DNA of 64,000 nucleotides from the NCBI GenBank assembly GCA_030248215.1, contig JASANG010001414.1, positions 310,001-374,000 on the forward strand, written 5' to 3'. Each line of letters opens with the position of its first letter. The first letter of the stretch is position 1. Shown here in pieces: positions 13,994 to 24,880 of the stretch. A program made the position numbers and the translations under genes. The notes under the pieces are model-generated. The model was not told the DNA's origin. It saw only the letters and a program-made list of their open reading frames with translations, and made no database searches. Source of the DNA: Enoplolaimus lenunculus. Its lineage: Eukaryota.

Positions 13994-14389
13994 TTATTTA
14001 CCTATTGATTCGATTAATTGCGGTATCGTTGGCTGCTTTTCGTTGCAAATGTTGGGATCCGATGTTCCCTCTAGCAGTTGATTGTTTGATTCGATACTAA
14101 CGTTAGCATCATGATCGCCGTCATCTAGAGATCGATAACCAATGCTGGACAAATCTGATCCGTCGTCTTTTGATTTGCGATGTTTAACAGGACCATAGTT
14201 ATGCCGTTGTAAAAAGTGTCGTTTGTACGAATGTATACTCGTGTGCCTATGTTGACAGTTCTGTGCGGGACAAGAGAATGGAACAGTCGCTCGATTTCCA
14301 TGGCCGCGGTAGTGTTTAGCCAGCTTGTAAGCTGGCATATAACCTTCGCACACAGGACAACTCACCAAAATTGATAAAGTTTCAGACAT
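13994..14389 (-). pseudogene. Twin C2H2 zinc-finger coding segment inside the CACTA-like element
   Basis: ATG at 14389. CPVC-x12-H-x3-H and CPAQNC-x12-H-x4-H, followed by an acidic/Ser linker. Confidence 0.7.
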
Positions 14390-15546
14390 TTTTATTTGCA
14401 GAAACACTACACAATATAATGCTACTTTCCGACACAAGTAACCGACATTTTCACCTTTAGAGTCAACACACTTAACTTCCACACAGTCTATGCTGTGACA
14501 ATACCGAAAATAGCTGTAGTTCTACTACACCGTCGTCATAGCGTAAAGTATTGAAGAGCAAACAAAAACAAATCATACAGCGCCAGAACCTAGCTATGTG
14601 ATCTGTGTTCAAACGTTGTTTTGTGTATCATCATGTAATGCAACAAAAACTATAAATCTGCGTGCAAAATCAAGATATATCTCGCTGAGCTTAGCGTATA
14701 TCATTTCGACAACAGCAATTTACATCTTGTTTCAATAATTTATATAAGGTATATGCATTAGGTTCTAAAATAATTTCAATTGAACAATAGTTAATATTTA
14801 GTGGTCAACTATATAAAGCTTACATCTGCGGTGTAACAATTTGGCTCCAGAAATTTGCCAAGAGCAAGTTATCTCTTTCAAGCTTAGAGATAGGTACAAT
14901 ATAAGCAAATTAAAATAATGCGAACAGGACCAGAGACTTGCTGCATACACGATTTCGAACAGGTATAGCTTTTGGCTAATGGATTCCAATTCAAAAATGT
15001 TTCCCGCTTTCTTTACTCTCACTTGCAATCACGTTCAGTTAAATGCAACCATATATTTAAACATGTGCCACCTGGTTAAATTTAGGGACCAAATAGCAAA
15101 ACATTTTCACCAACTCCGGGCAAACAATACTATCTTTTTAGGCTGAGTTACCTATCATGCCCAACTCTCACTTCTGCTCAAATTGATATTTTTAAAAATA
15201 GTTTTTTCGCAAGCCACGTTCAACGGATCAGGCCCCCACCTACCGAGAAATTTTGGATCCGCAATCGTTTGCTAAACTTTTCACCTCATTTATCTAATGA
15301 CTGCTCTTTTATTTGCGCGGGTTTCCGATACCTACTGACAACTCTGATGCTCAATATTCAAACACTGCTTAAATTAAAATTACATATAATTTTTAAGTAA
15401 AACGTTTGCTTAAAAACGAACAACATTAATTTTACTTAATTATACAATATCAGTAAACATATACTTAACATTCAGTAAAATAAGGCGTAAAACTAAATCA
15501 GCAGAATAATGCTAAGTCATTTTCAGTAAAATGTTTTTGCAGAGTG

Positions 15547-15630
15547 TATAGACTAATTTTTTGCTTAGGCTTAGGCTTAGGCTTAAGCTCATTTTTACGC
15601 TTAGGCTTAGGCTTGTTCTATGTATTGGCC
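15547..15630. mobile_element. Right half of split TTAGGC-carrying MITE
   Basis: TAGACTAATTTTTTGC(TTAGGC)n...TATTGGCC continues the consensus where the left half stops. Confidence 0.8.
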
Positions 15631-16097
15631 CAACATTCAACCAAAAACTTGTTTAACACTCGCAACTCTCAAATATAAAACTTTAATTTGATACCATGCG
15701 ATGGAAAACTTTGATTATCTTTTAGCAGTAAACATTTGGCTCTAAAAAGGACCGATTTGACAAGTTTATCAAGGTTCCAACTCTTAAATTAGCCTAGTTA
15801 ATCCACGTCTATACCTCTTATAGCGCCTTTATCTAAAGTTCAAATAGTCTAGCAGTCTCTCGTGTCTCGAAATATTAATTAACTGATTTTAGCTTTAGCA
15901 TACATGTAAGGTATGTGTGTATGCCTGTTGTGTGTTTTCTTTTAGCTCACACAAGCTTTCAAATTATTTGTTAGTGTGCTTTAGAGCAGATGCGCTATTG
16001 ATAATGTGCACGAATAGGTATATATAGTTGATAAAAGAGTTGAACAAAAGATTTGTCGCATTGTATATAAGACCTTCAACCATAATATTCTTTCAAT

Positions 16098-16790
16098 GTG
16101 GGTGATACCAAGAGTGCATGATACCCTTTAACAAGAGTAGGCAACTGGGTACATACTGTTTAGAAAAAATATACCAGCGCGCGTTCTATTTTTGCCCCCC
16201 CTCCTTATTTGGGGAGGGGTCAAACTCTTCATAGACGCTGAAATTCATGTGCTGTTGCATATCTGAAAAGCGGTCCGATTATGTGTTCGATGTTGGCTGG
16301 CAGTTTAATGAACGTCTCATCGACCCCCCCCCCCGAAAGTAAAGGGAGGTGGGACCGAAACGCAACGAGCGTTGGTAGATTTAGTGCCATGCAAAACAAG
16401 TCTTGTTGCATACTCTTGTTTAAGGGCATCATCGACTCTTGGTGTTACCAACGGTGGATGATCACTCTTTTAGGCAAGAGTGTGCCACTAGGTAGGTTAT
16501 ACATGGTACTAAATGTACCAGCACGCGTTGTGTATTCGCTGTACCCTCCCTCACGTTTAGAAAGGTCAATGTTGCATGCATATATACCACGTTTGCAAAC
16601 AACTTAATTTTTAAGAATAAAGCGGAACATGTCGTTGGAATATCGCTTTTTTCGAATGAAAAGTAACACTTCCCCCCTCCGAAAATAAAGATGGGTCGTG
16701 CAAAAACGCAACACGCGCTAGGTACACAGAATGTAGCCAGCTGCATACTCTCGTTTAAGTGCATGCATTATCCACTCTTGGTAACACCTA
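16098..16790. mobile_element. Composite foldback element of two ~335-bp palindromic units
   Basis: CCAAGAGTG...CTCTTGG units at 16108-16442 and 16448-16781. The outer ~120-bp arms are inverted repeats. Confidence 0.68.
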
Positions 16791-18129
16791 CAGCAATGCT
16801 TTACGGTTGCGCTATATTCTTATGTGCCGCACGACGTCGCACCCAACAAATAAATCTAACTTTTAGATGTGCCCCACGGCGGCGTCTGGCATTCACTTGT
16901 TAAAAACTATTTATTGACAACGGGCCCGTAGCCAAGGGGGGTGAGGGAACTCTGCCCTCCTAGAAAAATTTTCTCCAAGAAAATTTTCAACCTTGCTTGT
17001 AAGTCAACAAAAACCCTTGTATGCCCCTCCTGAAAGTTTTTTGGAGTGTTTGAACACGGATATTATGAAGAAAGGCAGAATAGGGCGATAGCAGGAATTG
17101 ACATTTAAACCATGCACATTTATTTAAAATCTTAAGTTTTTTTGATTGGAGATCATCAAAATTTTGAAGTTCGCGAACGCGTTTATGACTGTTGAATTTC
17201 TGAGCATCAGAGTGCAACCAAAAGTTCAAAAACCAGAGCCGGAGACAAAGCCGGAGATTAACAAATTTTACCAGAGCCTGAACCAGACGCGGAAGCATAG
17301 CTTCGGTTGTGCCTTGGTGGGCATATACAACGCATTTTTCGCAACGTTTTAATAAAAAATGGACCTGTTATGTATTATGAAACAGGTTTCTTGCGAATAG
17401 ACACATCAGTCATACGTCATACTCAATTTTTAAAAAATGCGCTTTTCATTTCAAGTATCAGACGTTTATGATACGGTACGCTCAAGTTATGGTGGATGAT
17501 ATACATACATAATATTTGAATCGTTCAAATTTACATCAGACAAATTCATCTCTTTCACTTGTTGATTGATTTTACGTAACTTGTCACACGGGGTCAAATA
17601 GCGTTTATTTCATCGCTATTAGATTATATTTACTAATCGCCTTATAGTAAAAAAACTGCTTTGACCCTCGTAAAACGGTACGGAAGGGAGCCAAGTCAGT
17701 TATTGGACCATAATTCGTTAACCGGTTTGTCTGTACGAATAAAAGCGATATCATGCAATGTAGCTTGGCAATCAATGTCGAATGATATACATACATGCAA
17801 CAAAAAAGTTTGGGCCTCTGGGTGGCATTTCCGTTCGACAGAAATGAAGTTTTTGAAAATCCAAATTTCAACGTGGAATATTTAGGGGCAGTTATAAGAA
17901 GCTGAAATATGTAAAACATTTAAAAATCTGACAATTTATTCACAAACAGCCAATTAAGGGACCCTTCTTTGAAAAGAGCCACAGCCCCGTAAGTTTTCGT
18001 TCCGTGGTTCATCCGCCAGCCTCCAAGATTGGGTTCTTCTTGTAACGTATCATCGGGGCGCAATATGTGATCAATAGTGAATATTTTGTTTAAATGTAAA
18101 AAATGTGTCACTTGGTGAGCTTATCTGTA

Positions 18130-18350
18130 CACTGCAAAAAAATGGTGAGTCGAATTGACTCTCTCCGAAATGTAGCTTTTCCGGACTACACAAACTGAAT
18201 CAAATTCTACTCCCCCAGAACCAATTTCATCTCACCCGAGTCGTTCAGTGAGTCAAATTTGACCCTGACGTAGTCGAACTTGGTTCAGTTTGTGTAGTCC
18301 GAAAAGCCAATTTTGGAGAGAGTAAATTTGAGTCATTATTTTTTGTAGTG
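18130..18350. mobile_element. CACTGCAAAAAA MITE copy
   Basis: Same TIRs, flanked by TA/TA. Confidence 0.85.
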
Positions 18351-18675
18351 TAACTTTGGAGCAGTTGTGATAGCTTTAATTGCCGAGATTTTCCAAAAAA
18401 GAATGTTAAAACGGATCTTTGCCAAGACTTCGTAGATTAGGTAAGTATTGTTTTAAAGTTAGCAAATTCCGAACAATTTTCATTTACAAAATTCTGTTTC
18501 ATACTCCAGCTTCGGCAACATTTGTTGACCTCCGGCTTCGGTTTGTTTCGCCTCCGGTTGCATCCGGACTGCTAGTGTCTGAACTATTGCGATAACTTTT
18601 TTAAACCACCGCTTTTCACTCATATTTTCAATCATATATTTTTCAGAAATACTGTCTAAAACGTTCATGAAAGTA

Positions 18676-19124
18676 CTGTATTGACCCGAATAAGAGGGGG
18701 AAGGGTAAGAAGAGGAGGGGTCCCCATTTTGAGTCCCGATCAATAGGAGTCCGTATCCCTAATAAGATCCCGTATCCCTAATAAGAGTCCGTAAGAGGAT
18801 AGAGTTTCTAAACCCTAATTAGAGTCCATAAATGACAATTATCTCTAATTGTAGCATATAAATGACTCCAGGACCAAATAAAGTTGAGTTCCAAACTTAA
18901 AGTGTACTTAAGTTTTAAAAATAACATTCCAAAGTATAACCGTGCATTATAGCTCAAGCTTTTGATGCAAGGCAAAAACGTTTAATACCGAATATAAATC
19001 AGTAACGAAAAACGGCGAAGGGCGGGTTAAAAATAAATAACAGTCCGTAACCGAATAACAAGGGGGTACCCTCTGGAGAGGCCAAATAAGTATTAGTCCC
19101 ATTCTCTTGTTCGGGTCACTACAG
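18676..19124. mobile_element. TA-flanked non-autonomous element (Tc1/mariner-pogo-like), CTGTAGTGACCCGAATAAG family
   Basis: TA|CTGTATTGACCCGAATAAGAG ... CTCTTGTTCGGGTCACTACAG|TA, with internal CCCTAATAAGAGTCCGTA repeats. Confidence 0.82.
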
Positions 19125-19672
19125 TAATTTGCTTTGGTTATATCCAGAAAGCCTGCTGAAAATAGCGTAAGTACTCAATTTTAAGTTATTAATTTTCAAC
19201 TGGGCATAACGTAAAAATATCACCTGAAAAGTGGCTTATTTGATTAATGATATAGCATTTATTTTTAATGGTTCGAACAGTTTAACAAAATTGGCACCCA
19301 TACTGTTAATTTAAAACCGGATACAGTTTGCTAGGCGGTGTTAAATTTTGTATATAGAAACCGGGATTTTTATATGTTAAAATGAAAAAACGCAGCCGTT
19401 CGATCTCTAATTCTAAAATTCAACCACTGTGATTATTTCTGAAGGGTTTGCTTACAAGAAACAGAGTAGCTTCTTGGCCCATATTGTCAAATGCGTATAA
19501 ACTGCGCCTATTCTATGTTAGCTTACAGGTTGTCACAGTTACGAAATACTGTTATTGAAAATCTCAAAATTGACTCAATAATAGTAGAAATCAAATCCGG
19601 AAACTATGTTAATTTGGAACTATTTCATTTACTGGTTAAGGTTTTTTCATCAGCTGATGATAGGTTCCACGC

Positions 19673-20663
19673 CAGAGCTGCACGCTACCCGTTGGTAACG
19701 CGGGTACGGGTAAGAAAATTTTGGAGCTGGTATGCCCGCGACTAAAGAATTTCAAAGCGCGGGCAAAAATTTGTGATCCTCTACTTAATGGCGCAAATTT
19801 TCGTCTACAAACTTGAAACCAGATAATGTAGAAAAACGCGAATTTTTAAACTGTTTTTACCGTATGCGTTCAAAATAAGTATTACACTTCTAAACGGCAC
19901 TGTTAAATCGAAAAATATTTGCGGCTTTTTGAACGCCAGCAACAATATATCTTATCCCATTTGCTCATATTCTTCGAATCCCTATAAAAATTATACTTTT
20001 CTTTGGCTTGGAACAATATGTTTGTTTACAGCTTTTTGAAAGATATCTTAAGACAAATTGTGATGAAACCGTAAAGAAATGTGTCATTTATGTTCTCTTA
20101 ACTGCAACGACTTTGTACAGACAAGAATGTGTTCATTCACTAATCATCCATCTTCAAACAAACCTAGTTTTAACGGTGATAGGTGTACTTAATGTGCAAT
20201 ATTGTCCGGTGTTACATTTTTCACGTAATGGTTTGTTTTACAAATTAAGGATAAACAGTATTTTTTGTAATGTAAATCGTATGTGTAACGTTCATGCACT
20301 GTGAATGTGTTGAACACAAAAGAACAGATAAGGGCAGGTAAAGTCTGTAACGGCAAAGGAATTTTGCGTGGTTGTACACGCGGGAAGCTGACAAAGAATT
20401 TTGGCGCAGGTATACCCGCGCGTAAAAAATCATTACCCACTTAGACCTCTGTGCTTACGCACCAGAGTGAGACTTTACCCACGGGTACACTCTGGTAATC
20501 GCGGGTCGGATAAAGAATTCTAGCCGTGGGTGAGCGATCTTCAAAATACTATACTGGCTTAACCTCATGCGCCGATAAAAGGTGGGTTGTGGTTTAAAAA
20601 AATTCTTATTTGCCTGAATAAAGCGCGGGTCGTGTAAAAAATACTTACCCACATCCGACTCTG
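19673..20663. mobile_element. hAT-like element(s) with ACCCG/CGGGT subterminal repeats
   Basis: CAGAG...CTCTG termini (19673-20451 and 20463-20663) with clustered GCGGGT/ACCCGC motifs. TSD not resolved. Confidence 0.55.
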
Positions 20664-20834
20664 ACGTATATTTGAGAATACGACACCCTTACTTAAACCT
20701 AGTCAGCATATATGTGTTCGTGGGTCATTTTATTGTAGCACAGGCTGAAAATAATTTATCCAAACATGTATCATGCGTATATATTAACTTATTCAAAATA
20801 TTGTTTCTGTGTCAAAACTCATTGCGGACAAATC

Positions 20835-21060
20835 TGTAAGAACTGCACGGTCGGGACGACTAATTTCTCCGAAGTACTGCGAATATACATGGTTTACCCC
20901 TAAATGTCTCCGAAACATTTGGCCACGCCGGGGAACGAGCCTCGGACCTCTCGCCCGCGAGTCAAGCGCGCTAAACATTACACCGCGCTGCCGATATCAT
21001 CTTTCTTTAGTGCTATATGTGTACGTGTAACTTTGCATTACACACACTATGCACATGCAA
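20835..21060 (-). repeat. tRNA-derived repeat (SINE-like/pseudo-tRNA), family 1
   Basis: Minus strand 20992-20920 resembles a decayed tRNA (A-box-like CGGTGTAATG, B-box-like GGCTCGTTCCCC). Homologous to 61320-61540. Confidence 0.68.
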
Positions 21061-21950
21061 AAAATACACCACGTATACTAACAAAATCTTTTGCCAGTAA
21101 GAGCAGTTTGCTAAGCCTAAACCTAAGCCAAAGCAAAAAATACTCTAAAATCACCCTACTCTGTTGAAGTCGTGCGAAAAACGTGACGGCCCTAAAAGCA
21201 ACATAAGCCGAATATTATATCAATGTTTTAAAAGATTTGTGTATTACTGCAACAAATTCACAATCTTTGTATTGTACATGCCCATTTGATGCACCTACAG
21301 CTCAGCACCTAAACACTAGCGGATCTTCAGATAGCATACAGTAAATATTACGTTTCAAAACATTAGCCATCCCGCCCCTTCCATGTCACAGTTTCTGGAT
21401 TCGCCTCTGCCTGCACCTGAGTACACAAATTGCTCCTGTAACCTGTGATATTTTGAACAAAGCCTAATAGCTGCGAATATTGGTTTAGTCGTCAAACTAT
21501 CTCTATGTCTAGTTTTGTACACGTCAACCGTAGCAAAAAAATGTCCAGTATTTTAAATGTGCGTGTCGTTTAAATATACAATATTTTAAGATTTTTCACC
21601 GACTGTACTTAAATGCTCCTAATAGGTCTCGTAAAAATTGCCTTCAATGTATCTCCATCCGGTCATTAATTACATAGCTAATTCGAACACATTTCAATCG
21701 CTTCAGGGTCGCAGCTAAAAACTACAGGATGGCAGGAAGGCGGCGCCACTACCCCCATAATAAACCGTTTACGCAGGTAGGTATATAGCATTTAGCAATA
21801 CACAAAGAGCTGTTTATGTGCCCCAGTTGTACGAAATATTTGACCATACCATGTCCGTCATAAAGCAATAAAACCGTGCACGAAGCTATTGAGCACAACT
21901 CGTAATTCGTGTAAAAAACTGTAAGGGGGGCTGTTGAACTTTTTAAAATA

Positions 21951-22356
21951 CTGTAGTGACCTGAATAGGAGGGGGGACTGATATTTATTTCACCTCTCCA
22001 GAGGGTGCCGCCCTCTTATTCGGTTATGGACTGTTTATTTTTAACCCACGCTCCGCCACCATTCGTTACTGAGATATATCCGGTACTGCAACTGTCCGTT
22101 GACTTAACGTTTATTTGTCTTGTATCAATAGCTCGAGCGATAATGCAGCACTTTCAAAATTTAAGTACGCTTTAAAGTTTCCAACTCGACTTTATTTGCT
22201 TCTGAAATCATTTATGCACCACAATTAGACATAATTGACATTTTTGGTCTCTAATTATGGTTTAAGGACTCTATCCGCTACAGACTCTTATTAGGAATAC
22301 GGTCTCCTATTGATTGGGACTCAAAATGGGGACCCCTATTATTTGGGTCACTACAG
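21951..22356. mobile_element. CTGTAGTGACCCGAATAAG family copy (opposite orientation)
   Basis: TA-flanked TIRs. Interior is the reverse complement of 18676-19124. Confidence 0.82.
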
Positions 22357-23497
22357 TATGCATCTTGCGGAATCGCTTCTGCTGCCGAAATAAATTAATC
22401 CTACCGGGATGAGTTCTACTAAAGTCAAGCGTGCTTCTAAGAAACATTATTAAAGCTGATCTTCGTAGAAAGAATTGGACTCGGGCACCTGACCGGTTGA
22501 AAATTATATCAGTCATCAAAACTTTAAAAAATCTTAGCTATGTAATTATTCTTTCTTGTCAATAGCGAACCAGTTAATATAAAACTGCAAGAGCCTATTT
22601 TAGCGCCGCAGTCCAGCGCGGTCTGTAGTTCCCGATAAATTGACAGGGTCCAGTATTGAAAATATATTATACAAAAATCATACAGCGGTTGGCATAGAAG
22701 CCTAGCATCTATAAAGTTTTTTTCGATGAACATGAAAAACCACGCCACGACAGTAGTAATCGCCGTATCAAAACGTTGAGCCCAGGGGGAGAATACGTAT
22801 GCGTGTAAATGTCTTTTGACAATTGTAGCGTGAATCTTTTCGGCCGACAAGAACAAAAACTAAAACTACAAAATATTCACATAATAACAGGCACGCAGAA
22901 GCCAGCTAATATACAGACACGCGCGGTATGCACAGGAAACACTTCTGCGGTCTTTTGATCGTATCTTGTCTTTTATGGGGCTCTCAGTTGGTACCACTGT
23001 TTTAGTTATAGGTAGTGGCGTAAATTGTAGAGAGCTATAGGACATAAAACCTCACAAATGAATTCTGATCCGTATAATACGGCTCAGGTAAATATTTGTA
23101 TTCGATTATCGATCTAAAAATCGAAAATTGTTTCCTTCAAACGCAAATATTTCATGAGTCGTATCTAATTTAGCCCCCCTTTTCCGTAAAATTTTACAAA
23201 ATTTTAGACGGATGAGCGTAGGGCTACTAATAGTGCTATACATCTATGGTTTAGTACTTTTTTGGAAGGCCTCATCGCTTTGAAAACGGGCCGCCGCGTC
23301 GGTTCTATTTTGTTTCGGCATAAACCAAAAACGGAACGCTACAGTTTTTAGTTGTTCTATAATCGTATGGCCTTTATTTGATACGTGTGTTGAATGCTGC
23401 GTACTGAAACAGTGGGTTTGTCTTTAGTGGCGGATCCAAGATTTCCTATCGGTTGAGGATACTTTTTGTGTTGCGAAGTTTTGCAGCTTTATAGCGC

Positions 23498-23704
23498 ATG
23501 GGCTCTTATTCCCCCCTGATTTAAAGTTAAGGCTTAGACTTCGGTTTAGGCTAAGGTTTAAGTTTTAGTTTTAGGAAAGAAATGGTTTTGGTTTTAGGCG
23601 CTTCGGCTTTTAGCCAAACGTTTTCCGAAGCCTAAGTCTAAGCTAGAACCAAAACCTAAGCCTTATTCTTACGCCTGTGAGGTGGAAGTGTATCGGAGCC
23701 GATG
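23498..23704. repeat. Inverted degenerate TTAGGC/GCCTAA arrays within short inverted ends
   Basis: TTAGGC-like units followed by GCCTAA-like units, bounded by CATGGGCTCTTAT / GTATCGGAGCCGATG. Confidence 0.6.
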
Positions 23705-23837
23705 GCTTGTGTAGGAAACTAGGATTCACATCCAATGGTTAGACGCAAAGTTTTAGTATTCAATGACTTTGAAAAAAACGTGAATTTTATAAAATTGAGA
23801 ACTTTTCATCTTGGCTCTGAATATTTTTAACTGATTA

Positions 23838-24233
23838 CGTAGTGAGCCGAATAAGACGTGAGAATTATATTTATTTGACCTCTTAGAGAGTACCACGCTG
23901 TTATTCGGTTACGTACTGTTATCTATTTTTAACCCTCCCTCCGACACAATTCGTTATTAATATATATCCGGTATTGCAACTATCCGTTGAATTAAAGGTT
24001 TATTTGTCTTGTATTAAAAGTATGAGCGATAACGCAAGGTTTAGGGTTTACGGACTCTATCCGCTTACGGACATCCCTGGACTCTAATTAGTGTTTAGAG
24101 AATTTATCCGCTTACGGACACTTAATGGAACCCCCTCTTATTACCCCACCTATCTTATTCGAGTCACAACTGTACGGACTCCAATTAATAGGGACTCAAA
24201 ATGGGTCTGCCCTCTTATTCGTTTCACAACAGT
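23838..24233. mobile_element. CTGTAGTGACCCGAATAAG family copy, rearranged
   Basis: Homologous interior with a duplicated right-end segment. Confidence 0.7.
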
Positions 24234-24689
24234 ATACTAAACATATCCTTTAATGCTACTGTGGAGAGGCGTAACAAGCAGTAGTTTAAGTATAGTCCTA
24301 AAAGCCTAAGCCTGAGAGTAGCGAGAAGCCTATAACTAAACATAGTCATAAGTCTAAACCTAAAGCCTAAACAAAGAAAATCCTTTTAAAGTAAGCTTAT
24401 ACCATTAAAGTGCAGCGGATAATTTGCAAGTACGACATTCAATGTACTAACATATGGCTCATCCTACTATATTACGCGTTGGCCATTTTTCACGGCTAAG
24501 CCTGTAAAGTTGGTTTTATAGTTTAGGACTGAAAGTACCTTATTATCACCACCCGCATCTTACGATAAGCAGATACGCAGCTTAAGTATAAATTGGTCTC
24601 TCTATTGTAAAATTGAGCTGTTTTATTTTCGGTCCAAAAAATAACAATAGCATCACACAATAGATTTTAATTCAAATGCAAAGTATTTC

Positions 24690-24880
24690 GGCCAATGTAA
24701 AGAACAGGGGCGGAACAGCATTATAAGCATATTCCTAAGCCTAAGCCTAAGCGTAAGAATGAGCATATTCCTAAGCGTAAGCCTAAGCCTAAGCGAAGCA
24801 AAAGAAATTGGTCTAAAGCTTAAGCTTACTCTATTACAGTCCCATAGAAAAACGTTCCGCCCCTGATCTTTACATGGGCC
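24690..24880. mobile_element. Merlin-like MITE with internal GCCTAA (telomere-type) array
   Basis: TIRs GGCCAATGTAAAGAACAGGGGCGGAAC / GTTCCGCCCCTGATCTTTACATGGGCC. Flanks AGTATTTC and GGTATTTG (6/8). Confidence 0.85.

Larger units (their letters stand above)
8411..15546 (-). mobile_element. ~7.1 kb degenerate CACTA/EnSpm-like DNA transposon
   Basis: Imperfect TIRs: left TGCTCTCCAAAAAAATTTACTTAAAAT, right (reverse complement) CACTCTGCAAAAACATTTTACTGAAAAT. TTTACTTAA/TTAAGTAA subterminal repeats at both ends. It interrupts a MITE whose two halves rejoin across it, and has internal coding remnants. Confidence 0.8.
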
